From the UHGV virus genome UHGV-0175639: a stretch of DNA of 64,000 nt. One strand, 5' to 3'. Below are positions 8,747 through 18,713 of the stretch, in pieces; position 1 is the stretch's first letter, and each line of letters starts with the position of its first letter. The notes below the pieces were generated by a model, which saw nothing but the letters and a program-made list of their open reading frames with translations, had not been told where the DNA came from and made no database searches. Source of the DNA: a virus. The position numbers and the translations under genes were made by a program.

Positions 8747-10432
8747 TCATTTAACGCGTTTGAAAACGTATACGCTGACTGTGATCCCTGTGTCTTCAAA
8801 CTCGTTGGTAAACGACTTCCCTCTGGCATAAACGTAATTATCCATCGTCATCCAGTCCAGTATTGGCGCAGTGCCCGGCAATACTGCTACAAGACGCCCG
8901 CCGACTTTCAGATGCCCCAGCGCAGCCAGCGTGTGCTCTCTATGACGACCAAGCGAGTACGGCGGGTTCATAACGATTTTGTCGAACTGATAACCTGCGT
9001 TGTCCTCAGACCACTTTATGAAGTCGCAGCAAATCGTGTTCGTATACCCTTTTCCACGCAGGATATCAGCGAAGAGAGGTGCGATTTCTATGCAGGTAAC
9101 ATCTTCCAGATCGGCGTTTATATAGGCCAGAAGATCCCCACGTCCGGCTTGAGGCTCCAACAGCTTCTCACCAGGCTTCAATTCAGTGGCTCTTGCAACG
9201 TACTCAGCAATCAAGCGTGGGGTAGGGTAGAACTGGTGTGATTTTGTATCCGGTATTAAACCGGTAGCCACAATCGTATTTAGCGTATGGCCGATGTCAT
9301 ACGGGAACTGCCAGTGCTTTTTCTCCTGCACGCCGCCAATGAAGCTCAGTGTGCGCTCAAGCTCTTCCACCTGCGACTTCTGGAGAGCTGAATCAGAGAA
9401 GTACCATACGCCTTTGTCTTTGCTCAATCGCCCGTCACGAAGCGCAGTGCGAACCGGCACGGAGATCGTCTTCTGGATTAACCCGAACTGCTTTGGTGCC
9501 CGTGTTTTTGGCGCAGTTCGGCATGGCGCGGGGATTGCAGCAGGCATACTGTAAGCCAGCACCTCATTCAACTTCCAGGCCACGTCAGGATGTATTTCAA
9601 AGTGAACGTTGCCGTTCTTGAACATCTTCACGCGCATCAGATTTCCATCGACGTTCATCCAGTCACCGGTCTGGCAGTCGTTTGCCCGATACGCAGCTGA
9701 TAGCACCTCAGCAGTGCGGTTGATGGTAATAAATTCTTTGTGCGCGAAGAAATGAAGCAAGACACGCAGATCGTCGATGTAGTCCTCTTTGCGATAGTTC
9801 ACGCTAACGCTGTCCCGCCAGAAATCAGAAATGCAGTCAGCGATTATCAGACGCTCGCTGAAACCGTTTGTCTTATTTGTCTTGTGCGCAGGACTCAGCG
9901 CCTTAAACAAGCCATACACGCGCTCAGAGAGATATTTGTGCCTGTCATTCAGCAAATTAAGCATCGTGGGTATGACCGTTTCTGCTTTGAACTCCGGTAC
10001 ACCAACGAACTCTTTAACCTTCATCTGGTAGCCGGTTCTGTCAGTTTTGATGACTTCCTGTTTGCCCTCTATAAACTGCTCGCGCCACTCATCTCGACGG
10101 GAAGCTGGCATGATCAGCAAAACGTTAGTCATGTCCGTGACCTTCCTCCAGTACTCGGCCCAAATATTCTGTTTCACCCATTCCAGATCGACTTTATCCA
10201 ACCAACCTCGATTTAAACGCGAGCGATCTTCATCTGGTCGATGGTTTAGTCTCAGCAGGCGATTAATCATGTTGTGGCGTTCGTCGCCATAAACGAAGTC
10301 GTGTACCTGATACATGAAGGCGATCTCTTTCTCGCACTCGGCCACGATTTCGTGGATGACATTCATTTCCTGACGATAGTCGATAGCCGTGTTTGAGCTG
10401 GCATCGTCGATGATGGAAAGGGCTGTATTCAT
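8747..10432 (-). CDS. 561-aa protein with a C-terminal SAM-dependent N6-adenine methyltransferase-like domain
   Basis: C-terminal about 170 aa contain FYPTP, EPQAGRGDL and NPPYS motifs; N-terminal about 380 aa unassigned. Confidence 0.6.
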   Translation of the reverse strand: MNTALSIIDDASSNTAIDYRQEMNVIHEIVAECEKEIAFMYQVHDFVYGDERHNMINRLLRLNHRPDEDRSRLNRGWLDKVDLEWVKQNIWAEYWRKVTDMTNVLLIMPASRRDEWREQFIEGKQEVIKTDRTGYQMKVKEFVGVPEFKAETVIPTMLNLLNDRHKYLSERVYGLFKALSPAHKTNKTNGFSERLIIADCISDFWRDSVSVNYRKEDYIDDLRVLLHFFAHKEFITINRTAEVLSAAYRANDCQTGDWMNVDGNLMRVKMFKNGNVHFEIHPDVAWKLNEVLAYSMPAAIPAPCRTAPKTRAPKQFGLIQKTISVPVRTALRDGRLSKDKGVWYFSDSALQKSQVEELERTLSFIGGVQEKKHWQFPYDIGHTLNTIVATGLIPDTKSHQFYPTPRLIAEYVARATELKPGEKLLEPQAGRGDLLAYINADLEDVTCIEIAPLFADILRGKGYTNTICCDFIKWSEDNAGYQFDKIVMNPPYSLGRHREHTLAALGHLKVGGRLVAVLPGTAPILDWMTMDNYVYARGKSFTNEFEDTGITVSVYVFKRVK

Positions 10433-10573
10433 AATTACACCATTAAATAATTTGTTTTCTGATTGGTGTAATTATCGCAAACTTGAAAAGGCATAAAAGC
10501 TGCATTCATAGGCGTTACAGCAGATTTAAGGCGTAAAAATGGGGGCTTTCGCCCCCTGTCGACTGGTGCAGTA

Positions 10574-11140
10574 TTAGAGTGCGTATTGCGTTTTGTGCGG
10601 TTGCTTATTCAAGTCGTGGCGATGCGTAAGCTCCCGCATCATGTCTTCAAGCCGACTTTTCGTATCATCAAGCTGGTCGGCCATTGCTCCCAAAAGCTGG
10701 CGAACGGCCATTGGATCGTCACTGTTTAGTGATGGCATTTTATATCCCGCTTTAGAAGACATAAGATTGATTGCAGACATCAACATCGTTAGAGAAGACT
10801 TAAGTCCGGCAATTTCACGATCTTTGCTGGCAATAATCGTCTCACTATTGTTACCGTCATGGGTTCCTTGAGTCTCGCTCACCATATCCAAAGTCGCCTG
10901 CAACTTATTAGCGCGCTCTTTTTCGGCAAGATAATGAACACCGAAATGGTGTGCCAAAGCTACAACCTGAGTTGGCTCTTCAAAGGTGGAATTAAAATTA
11001 AGTACTGTAAACAGTCTCTCAAATATAGAAACGTCTTCTGTTCCCCGAACAATGCCTAACATTTTGACAAGTTCATTAGCATCCATTTCTTCGAATAGGG
11101 CGTTTTGTTCATCAGCTATTGCTTTGCATTTCTCGCACAT
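10574..11140 (-). CDS. hypothetical protein, 188 aa
   Basis: ORF with conserved leader and upstream AAACAAnTTGTTT motif. Confidence 0.5.
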   Translation of the reverse strand: MCEKCKAIADEQNALFEEMDANELVKMLGIVRGTEDVSIFERLFTVLNFNSTFEEPTQVVALAHHFGVHYLAEKERANKLQATLDMVSETQGTHDGNNSETIIASKDREIAGLKSSLTMLMSAINLMSSKAGYKMPSLNSDDPMAVRQLLGAMADQLDDTKSRLEDMMRELTHRHDLNKQPHKTQYAL

Positions 11141-11437
11141 GTGTTTTCCTTAATGCTTAAACAAGTTGTTTTCTTATTGGCTTTATTGTGATGTGGCATA
11201 AAAGGGGAGCAAGCTAAACGTAAAGGTGCAAACTCTCTATTTCGGTCAACGAAACACAAGGGCCAAATGGCCCTTGTCATTAACACTTTGCTTTACGAAC
11301 TAACGGATAAGCGAAGTAGATCGCCAAACCAATGAGGACGCCATCAGAAATGACAGACATCATCTTTCCCGTAAAATCCACCAACACCGCCATCACCAGA
11401 AGAGCAATGACGATCACAAGCCGGAATCTCTCAAGCA

Positions 11438-11863
11438 TTAGAGATAAGCATCCAGTGACAACTGAAGCGCCTGGGCGATCTTTTTCAGTGCCTGCTCTTC
11501 TTGTTCACCAATGCCGTCCTGATCGGCAATATCAAGGCACAGACACAGAACATCGACCGCCTCTGGAGTACCCGCAATATCAGACAGCTCACGAATAGCC
11601 TGTGCATTAGCAGAACGAGGGGACGCTTCGTAACGAGCACGGATATTGGCGCTCATTTGGGCAATTTCACCAGCAAACGGAGAAAACGCAGGCAGAGCTG
11701 CAATTGTCTTCTCAAGAATGGCAATTTCTTTTGCGTCACATGTGCCGTCGGCATAGGAGATCATGTACGCGCCCCACACGGTGGCCTCAACCGCATCACG
11801 GTTCTCCATTTTTTTGACTTCGATAACAGCTTTACGAGTTTTCTTTTTGAAGAAACCTAACAT
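11438..11863 (-). CDS. TerB-like domain protein
   Basis: 141 aa; acidic helical pattern resembling the TerB fold, from memory; weak. Confidence 0.4.
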   Translation of the reverse strand: MLGFFKKKTRKAVIEVKKMENRDAVEATVWGAYMISYADGTCDAKEIAILEKTIAALPAFSPFAGEIAQMSANIRARYEASPRSANAQAIRELSDIAGTPEAVDVLCLCLDIADQDGIGEQEEQALKKIAQALQLSLDAYL

Positions 11864-11956
11864 GTGTTTTCCTTTTATTATTTGTCAAAACAAGTTGTTT
11901 TCTAATTACATAAATTGCTTACGCAAAGATGGTCAATGCATATGCACTAACAGCCG

Positions 11957-12145
11957 TCAGAAATAACCAAGTACCGAACCGACTGGAAAAACAAAAATCC
12001 CAACTACACGAGCCAAGGTCATGCCAGCCTGAAACTGGAGATCGCCAGAGCAAACAAGTTTTATAATGTTCGATACCCAACCGGCGGCCATGAGGGCAAG
12101 AATTGCCAGCCAAATTTTTCCAAAGTGATTTGAAAACCAGTTCAT
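11957..12145 (-). CDS. small membrane protein, 62 aa
   Basis: Two hydrophobic segments. Confidence 0.35.
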   Translation of the reverse strand: MNWFSNHFGKIWLAILALMAAGWVSNIIKLVCSGDLQFQAGMTLARVVGIFVFPVGSVLGYF

Positions 12146-12154
12146 ACAACCGCC

Positions 12155-12649
12155 TTAGTCACAGCATGATCCTGAGTAACCGGATGAACTTGAGGTATCG
12201 CATCCACCGTCATCCCATCCAGAGTGACAGGACGCTCTACTGGAGTGGTGGTAATTGTCGTCGACGGAGGTGTGGTGATGGATGAACCCGGCATCAAAAG
12301 GCTCTGGCCGGCTGGAACGGCTACCGTCGCCAGTGAAACTATAATGAGAACGTAGGCCATTGGTTTCAGCCTCTTTCTTTGAAAATTTTCCATTCGAACT
12401 GTCCTTGTTGTTTTTCTCCTTCACTAAAGGCCGTGTACTTTTCGCTTCGCGTGAAGAACCAGAGGCAACAATCGCCCCCACGTTCGCAACAACTGACGCT
12501 TGATTATCTAAACGTTCATTCAGCAACCGAACGGTAGTCTCTAGTTCATCAAGACGTGACATAACACGACCGCTAAATAATTCGGCCAAAATTTGACGTA
12601 AAGAACGAGGACGTTTAGTTACAGAAGTGAAATAGGTTTGACGTGCCAT
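12155..12649 (-). CDS. hypothetical protein; frame ambiguous with overlapping signal-peptide ORF 12142-12393
   Basis: N-terminal 85 aa look protein-like (coiled coil), C-terminal part is low complexity; an alternative frame encodes a signal peptide MAYVLIIVSLATVAVPAGQ. Confidence 0.3.
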   Translation of the reverse strand: MARQTYFTSVTKRPRSLRQILAELFSGRVMSRLDELETTVRLLNERLDNQASVVANVGAIVASGSSREAKSTRPLVKEKNNKDSSNGKFSKKEAETNGLRSHYSFTGDGSRSSRPEPFDAGFIHHHTSVDDNYHHSSRASCHSGWDDGGCDTSSSSGYSGSCCD

Positions 12650-12797
12650 GTGGACTCCATCCAGTGTCAGAAAGAGTTGCGGCTGGCGATTGCCAGCCGC
12701 CTTTCTCGTTCCATCCTGGAACTGTGTCTTACCGACACATTGTCATCCTGACGCCGATAAGATACATGATTTAAAATGATAGGTAAACACTTACTTA

Positions 12798-13388
12798 CTA
12801 TTTGTTATAAACAAAACCAATATCTTTCTTGTGAGGCATATCTGCTGCTGAAAAAGCTGCGATCTTCGCGAGTCGATCACATATTTCATTTTCACGATGC
12901 CCGGCGTGACCTTTAACCCACTTCCAGCGAACATTATGTCGACTTGCGGCCTCATCCAGACGCTTCCACAGATCAACATTCTTTACCGGTTTTTTGTCAG
13001 AAGTCATCCATCCATTGCGTTTCCACCATTTCATCCACTGTGTCATGCCGTTTTTCAGATACTGGCTATCAGAGTGCAAAATAACGTTGCATGGATATTT
13101 CAAACGCTCCAGCCCGATAAGTGCCCCCATCATCTCCATGCGGTTATTGGTGGTGCTATGAAAACCATCTGAGAACTCGCGTTCCTCACCACGATACTGG
13201 AGAACGATACCGTAACCGCCCGGGCCACCCGGATTTTTAAGGCAAGAGCCATCACTAAAGATTTTCACGGTTTTAAGCTGGGGATTGAACTCTACGACAG
13301 GCGTTGTGGGATTGGTGCGGGGAGAATTTTTGTTTTTGTCTTTTTTGCGAGTTTTTGCTTGCGATCGGGCTGGTGTCTTCGTCGTCAT
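12798..13388 (-). CDS. rnhA: ribonuclease H
   Basis: [17 protein letters not shown]...[10 protein letters not shown]...HSDSQY...KGHAGH matches RNase HI; start set at MTTKT with a GGAG RBS. Confidence 0.85.
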   Translation of the reverse strand: MTTKTPARSQAKTRKKDKNKNSPRTNPTTPVVEFNPQLKTVKIFSDGSCLKNPGGPGGYGIVLQYRGEEREFSDGFHSTTNNRMEMMGALIGLERLKYPCNVILHSDSQYLKNGMTQWMKWWKRNGWMTSDKKPVKNVDLWKRLDEAASRHNVRWKWVKGHAGHRENEICDRLAKIAAFSAADMPHKKDIGFVYNK

Positions 13389-13970
13389 ATAAACTCCTGA
13401 ATCAAGCGCCGCGCCGATTTTTCCTCGCGCGTGCGCACACGCGTGCGTGTTAATAATTATTAAAATAAACAAATTACTTCCCAGAACAGGTTTTTATAAA
13501 CCTGAACTGAACGAACGAAGTGAGTGAAGTTCACCTCGAACGAAGTGAGAGGTTGTCTTTTCAGGTAATACTCTCCCAGGGAGGTGAGTATAAAAATCTC
13601 TCACCAACCTGGTCGTTTCATAACCTGAAAAGTTATGGTCTAAGTCTACTGCCAGCTTAGACTTGGGAAGTTATGGATGACAGCACCCCAGAACCGAGAT
13701 CTTCCCACACTTTATGAAGGGGAGTACTGGATTCAACCTCTCGAAACACCCCAGACTCGACAATCATAAAGTGACCCTTGTCTCTGCTCACTTTGGTTCC
13801 CCCTTCCCCGACACCTAAACGGCACCAGTTCTACGCTGGTAGTGAGCTTTTTTAAACCTGACGCCAGTGACGCTTACCCCCACCCATCAGGTCGAGTCTC
13901 CAGTCTACGACTGGAAACTATCAGATCTTAGCACTTACAATTCACTTTATGAATAGTTTGTACTTATCTA

Positions 13971-14225
13971 TCATTGTGATTGATTATTTTCTCTACCATG
14001 TAGTTGAACATTCAAGGCAAACACCTCATTGATCAACTCACCTAAAAGCTGTTCAACAAGTTCGCGATGCTCGCCAAGATGCAAGCACTTAATTGCCCAT
14101 TCGTACAAGTTGAAAGCCTGCTCACGATCTTTCATCATTTCACGAGCCTGGGCCAGAAAATCGCTCTCTACGAGCGCAACGACATTAGTCGGGTATGACA
14201 TGTTGGTTTCCTTAAAGTGGTTCAT
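13971..14225 (-). CDS. hypothetical protein, 84 aa
   Basis: ORF only. Confidence 0.4.
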   Translation of the reverse strand: MNHFKETNMSYPTNVVALVESDFLAQAREMMKDREQAFNLYEWAIKCLHLGEHRELVEQLLGELINEVFALNVQLHGRENNQSQ

Positions 14226-14308
14226 AAAATCGATTTTAAAGCGTCTGGGAAGGGGTTCTAGTGGATTCTGTAGTGATGTTCAGGTCTGGAGTCTCTGATA
14301 CAAAACAG

Positions 14309-14367
14309 CCTGCTTCCGTATATTAATAATTAATATGTGGTTATTTATATATACAGAAGCAGGCTAA
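14309..14367. terminator. large AT-rich hairpin CCTGCTTCCGTATA...TATACAGAAGCAGG downstream of the Dam-like gene
   Basis: 8-bp GC stem with AT-rich interior, U-rich tract on the transcribed strand; a near-copy is at 60705-60768. Confidence 0.5.
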
Positions 14368-14386
14368 TTACAGACGCCAGAACAAA

Positions 14387-14980
14387 CTAAGCAGCCTTCT
14401 TTGATGGTCTTTTTTTCCTGATCACATTCGCATGATCATACCCTCCCAGACTTTTCATGACGTCCAAAGGGATCTTGCTTATAGAGTGCCCAGCGTCCTG
14501 ACAGAATCCTCGAAAAACAACGAGCATACTGCCACCTGGGTTGATGTTTACTTCTACCTGACCCAGATTTACGTCAGGTTCGACAAACGCTACGCGGCCA
14601 CCAGACAGAATAATCGTCTCATTCGCACACTCTGTTGCACGCTCATACCACTTTGTATCTAGGGATTGAGGAATTAGCATCACTGTTGTAACTCCGCGAG
14701 CCTGCTCACGTATAGCCGCATCAATCCAGGGGTAGATTTTGGAGTAGGGTGGATTGAGGAAGGCAATTGTACCTGGCTGTCCCCATTCAGATTTCAAAGC
14801 ATCACGCTCAACGCCTATGAAATTAGGCAGCTTTGCATTGTCCTTGTTGCAGGCAACGTCAACATCAAATGTCACTCCAAGATAACGTTGAATGGCAGAA
14901 AACAGCCAGTCAGGTGTTCTCCAGAGGTCACGAAGAGAGTTGTCGCGCTTTCGCTGTTTGATTTTTTCGGCTGCAATCAT
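14387..14980 (-). CDS. phage-type DNA N6-adenine methyltransferase (Dam family)
   Basis: WRTPDWLF...FDVDVACN...FLNPPYS motifs of the phage Dam family. Confidence 0.75.
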   Translation of the reverse strand: MIAAEKIKQRKRDNSLRDLWRTPDWLFSAIQRYLGVTFDVDVACNKDNAKLPNFIGVERDALKSEWGQPGTIAFLNPPYSKIYPWIDAAIREQARGVTTVMLIPQSLDTKWYERATECANETIILSGGRVAFVEPDVNLGQVEVNINPGGSMLVVFRGFCQDAGHSISKIPLDVMKSLGGYDHANVIRKKRPSKKAA

Positions 14981-15163
14981 CTTCTTTCTCGATAGGTAAG
15001 TATATACCTATTTTTGCATTTGATTTTATGTCTGGCAATCAAATAAAACGCGCCAGAAATGCAAACGAGAAGCTCTCTGGCGCGTTTTTGTGGTGCTGGG
15101 TATGTGATTGGCTTACCCAGTACTATAAAGCTCTCTATGGGCTTTATTTTAAGTAGGGGAACG

Positions 15164-15973
15164 TCATCCAATAGTGTACTCCGCGACAAACTTCTTAACG
15201 ATCGGTGATTCTTCGTTCAATGTTAGATTTCCACCGTCTCTAACGGCAATTCCTGTCGCTGGAAATACAGCCATCATTTGCCCAGCCTGAGTTGACGCAG
15301 TGTTAAGCGGATACGGTTTTTCTGGATTGCTCATTAAAGCAATCTTAATACTATTACTTGTAGCCTTCTTTTCTGTGAGAAGGTGTCTCATGGAAATTAC
15401 CGTGTAAACACTAATATCTGGACCTCCGCTAAACCAATTAAGAAGGTTTAATATCTTATCCTTTGCTTTGACAGGCGCGTTATCGTAAGCGTCTAAGAAA
15501 ATATCTTTTTCTAAGCCCGCTTTATTGAAAAACGAATCATCTTTATCACTTAAAGTAAAACGAGGACCTCTTGCAGTACGAGCTTTTTTATTTGTATTGC
15601 TATCATTTGACTGTTGAACTTTTAATTCATCATTAACCTCAACACACTCTTCAACCTCAATAAATCCCAATTGTTCTGGCTCGTTTTCGGCAGCTTCAAC
15701 ACTTTCAGCGTTAATTACGTTTATAGGCTCATGCGCTAACTCCAACTCATTTAAAGTAGAGCTGAAATCACCTGCTTTTTCTTCATTGAACAGTTCTTCG
15801 GCAACATCATCAGAACTCATGGCTACGCCAGCATCTAGGCCGAGCAGCAGATCGTCAATATCATCAGTATTTTCAACCTGTGCAGCTTTTTTTACTGGTT
15901 CATCAAGTGATTGCAACATGGCTGTCAGCTCGTCCAGATCATCATTTGTCATTACATTTTCAACCGAACTCAT
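15164..15973 (-). CDS. acidic protein, 269 aa (strongly D/E-rich N-terminal half)
   Basis: Long runs of D/E in the first 130 aa. Confidence 0.5.
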   Translation of the reverse strand: MSSVENVMTNDDLDELTAMLQSLDEPVKKAAQVENTDDIDDLLLGLDAGVAMSSDDVAEELFNEEKAGDFSSTLNELELAHEPINVINAESVEAAENEPEQLGFIEVEECVEVNDELKVQQSNDSNTNKKARTARGPRFTLSDKDDSFFNKAGLEKDIFLDAYDNAPVKAKDKILNLLNWFSGGPDISVYTVISMRHLLTEKKATSNSIKIALMSNPEKPYPLNTASTQAGQMMAVFPATGIAVRDGGNLTLNEESPIVKKFVAEYTIG

Positions 15974-16133
15974 GTAAGTCTCCTTCTGTTTGGTTACATT
16001 TGCGTTTCGATGGCTGCATTTTGACTAAACCTATCAGGCGGAAAAGTATTAAATACAGGCAGGAAATGATTGAAAGGCGACTGTTCTTTAAAAGAAAGCC
16101 TGCTTCAAACTCTCTTTAAAGCAGGCTTTTGTT

Positions 16134-16691
16134 TTACACAATTTCAGAGGGTAATTTAAAAAATCCGTACTTATTACGTGCCTTAAAGAAGCATTGCATC
16201 ATTAAGTTTGTGTCATATAAGGCACTATGTGCTTTGGCATGATCGTATATAAAGCCAAGAGAGAAGGCCAACTCTTCAAGGCGGGGACGTTTACCGTCTT
16301 CTGTGGCCCACAATCCCGATAACATAGTATCTATAACAGGAACTTCTGGCAGTCTTACTCCATACCCTGAAAACTCGTGTCGAATAAATGGTATATCAAA
16401 TGCTTCGCCGTTATGAGCAACCCACACACTACATGCCCCCATATAAGCGCCAATTTCGCTGGCATGATTTGACAACAAAGGTTCAGCTGCGAGCTGTTCC
16501 AATGAAATGCCATGAACGGCTTGAGCTTTCGGATCTATGTTTCTGCGAGGGTTAAAACGCATCTCCAGACTATCAATATGTCTCTGTGTCTCCAGTTCAT
16601 AGCGGGTAATTGCGATTTCAATAATTTTATGACCAGCAAGGAAATCCAGTCCCGTAGACTCGATATCGATGCCTGCAACAATCGTTGTCAT
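16134..16691 (-). CDS. DnaQ-like DEDDh 3'-5' exonuclease
   Basis: GIDIESTG, HNGEAFDIPF and HSALYDT motifs. Confidence 0.75.
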   Translation of the reverse strand: MTTIVAGIDIESTGLDFLAGHKIIEIAITRYELETQRHIDSLEMRFNPRRNIDPKAQAVHGISLEQLAAEPLLSNHASEIGAYMGACSVWVAHNGEAFDIPFIRHEFSGYGVRLPEVPVIDTMLSGLWATEDGKRPRLEELAFSLGFIYDHAKAHSALYDTNLMMQCFFKARNKYGFFKLPSEIV

Positions 16692-16700
16692 CAGAACTCC

Positions 16701-17120
16701 TTACAACTTCTTAGCGCCCTTAAGTAGTGCGCTACGTACAAATTGAGCCGCTTTTTTCAAAGTTTCTTCACTGGTTTCACAGACAATCGGATCTTTCCAC
16801 TTACCTGACACAGTGTTGAGAATATTGATTTGGTTGCTATCCAGACAAACAGAGATATAAAGCACCGTGCCACCAGCCAGCATCAAATGCATAGGAAACA
16901 GAGGCTTTTTACTGCCTTCACTGAACTGAGACATGGCGATGTTAATGGCTTCACCCACTTGTGTACCAACAAGCCCCTGCGCAGTTTCGAATATGGCACG
17001 AATAGCCAGACGAGCCTCTCGATCGCTCATAAGCGACCGGGAATGTTCGTCCGCTACACGAATCAAAGCCTCTGTTGTTTTCCGATCCAGTTCATCTTCA
17101 AGCAACAGTTCACTAAACAT
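16701..17120 (-). CDS. hypothetical protein, 139 aa
   Basis: ORF only. Confidence 0.5.
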   Translation of the reverse strand: MFSELLLEDELDRKTTEALIRVADEHSRSLMSDREARLAIRAIFETAQGLVGTQVGEAINIAMSQFSEGSKKPLFPMHLMLAGGTVLYISVCLDSNQINILNTVSGKWKDPIVCETSEETLKKAAQFVRSALLKGAKKL

Positions 17121-17181
17121 TTTTTATCCTTAACCCATTTTGAGAGTTTTATTGTCGCAATGTCGAAGAGGCGAACAATTT

Positions 17182-17826
17182 CTAATGAACGGTTACTCGG
17201 CCACAGAAGCGGTTTTCTATCTTTTCTACCGCGTTATCGAGCATTCTCATTACTGATCTGGCTCTTGCTTCAACTGTGCGATACCGGTTGGAAACGACGA
17301 AGGTTTGCAGATCTCCCCTTTGCGGATGCAGGTGAATTTTTGTCAGTTCCCCGCACATCAACGCATCAATACGAGCGACATACAGACGGTCTAATGATGC
17401 TCGTTGTGACCGCAAGTAATCTCGCTCTGAGAGAGCGACCCCCGGGCGTAGGCCAGCAATGGCGTTAAAATTTGAAATAGCAGTTTTGTGGCAAAACTTT
17501 TCGATATCGAGGGCTAACTCAATACATCGATCTTCATTGGTATGGCCGACCAAATCCAACGTGTAGGCCATAACATCAGCAGGTGTGCGATCGATAACAA
17601 AGCCTTCAACACCACGCGTAAGTAGCTCTATATGCTTTGCTATTTCCATTTGAATCTGAAGCCGCTCATATAGAGGCATAGACTCACCTACTCGAACACC
17701 GAGTCGGCTCATCAAACTTCCGACCCCAGCATCCACGTAAGGGATTCCGTAATGTTTGTCGATATATTTTGCCAGGGTTGTTTTCCCACTGCCCTGAGCA
17801 CCAGTGATCCCAATCCGGTAATCCAT
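17182..17826 (-). CDS. P-loop nucleotide kinase (putative dNMP kinase)
   Basis: GITGAQGSGKTT Walker A near the N-terminus; sits among nucleotide-metabolism genes. Confidence 0.55.
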   Translation of the reverse strand: MDYRIGITGAQGSGKTTLAKYIDKHYGIPYVDAGVGSLMSRLGVRVGESMPLYERLQIQMEIAKHIELLTRGVEGFVIDRTPADVMAYTLDLVGHTNEDRCIELALDIEKFCHKTAISNFNAIAGLRPGVALSERDYLRSQRASLDRLYVARIDALMCGELTKIHLHPQRGDLQTFVVSNRYRTVEARARSVMRMLDNAVEKIENRFCGRVTVH

Positions 17827-18302
17827 TACGACCTTCTGTATACGATCTGCGAAAAGCCAGGCTCTTCCTCGCTGGCTCGTTGGGTAAAAACTGTTTCAAC
17901 AGGCACAAAGCCTAAGTTACGCATCATGCTTGTCGGGAAGAATGCATCGGCGTTTGGTACATCAACGCCGATGTGAGAGAGCCAAATCTCTTCAACATGC
18001 GGCATGAATAGCGAGTAAATTTGTTCCCCGCCAATCACCCACACAGGCTCTGGTAATCGTAGCACATCATCCACACCAGCAGGGTAGAATCCATTTGGTA
18101 CAAAGCCATGCGAGCGCGTCAAAACGAGGTTATGACGCTCTGGAAGAGGGCGTTTGAGACTTTCCATCGTTTTACGCCCCATAACGACAGTGGCGTTTTT
18201 GGTGAGTCTCTTAAATAGCTTCAGATCGGTAGAACAACGCCAGGGCAGTTCGTTCGCTATGCCGATCTCATAGTTACGGCCAACAGCAGCTATCATCTTC
18301 AT
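17826..18302 (-). CDS. folA: dihydrofolate reductase
   Basis: IAAVGRNYEIG...LPW...VVMGRKT...GGEQIY pattern matches FolA. Confidence 0.85.
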   Translation of the reverse strand: MKMIAAVGRNYEIGIANELPWRCSTDLKLFKRLTKNATVVMGRKTMESLKRPLPERHNLVLTRSHGFVPNGFYPAGVDDVLRLPEPVWVIGGEQIYSLFMPHVEEIWLSHIGVDVPNADAFFPTSMMRNLGFVPVETVFTQRASEEEPGFSQIVYRRS

Positions 18303-18712
18303 ATGCTCACCTCATAGATGACCGGTCTATGATGAGAGTCAGCTAAAGCGGCACGGAGTCGAGGATCGTGCACCAGCGCAGCGATAAGCAGATCGCCTTT
18401 ATGCTCCGCTAATGTGCGCTTAATATGCTTCTCATAACTAGTGCTATTCGGTACGAGATGAAGCCAGTCGTAATCAACACCAAAATCTTTCAGCCATCGT
18501 TTAGTGGGCGCTTCAAGAGTTTCAGAGCGGCTACTGATAAGCACCACTTCAGCCCCTGAGCGAGCAAAACCACGCAACATACGGCTGGTGGGGAAAATGA
18601 GTTCATCACCGGCAATGAATTGGCCTGCATCCGAGTCAGATACAGATTTACGATGGCTGGTATTTGCCAGCACACCTTCAATTTCGCATAAGACATACAT
18701 ACCTCTTGCCAT
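18299..18712 (-). CDS. HAD-like hydrolase-fold protein with atypical motif I (possible nucleotidase)
   Basis: Start set at MARGMYVLCEIEG; HAD-like spacing of motifs but first Asp replaced; weak. Confidence 0.35.
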   Translation of the reverse strand: MARGMYVLCEIEGVLANTSHRKSVSDSDAGQFIAGDELIFPTSRMLRGFARSGAEVVLISSRSETLEAPTKRWLKDFGVDYDWLHLVPNSTSYEKHIKRTLAEHKGDLLIAALVHDPRLRAALADSHHRPVIYEVSI

Positions 18713-18713
18713 A

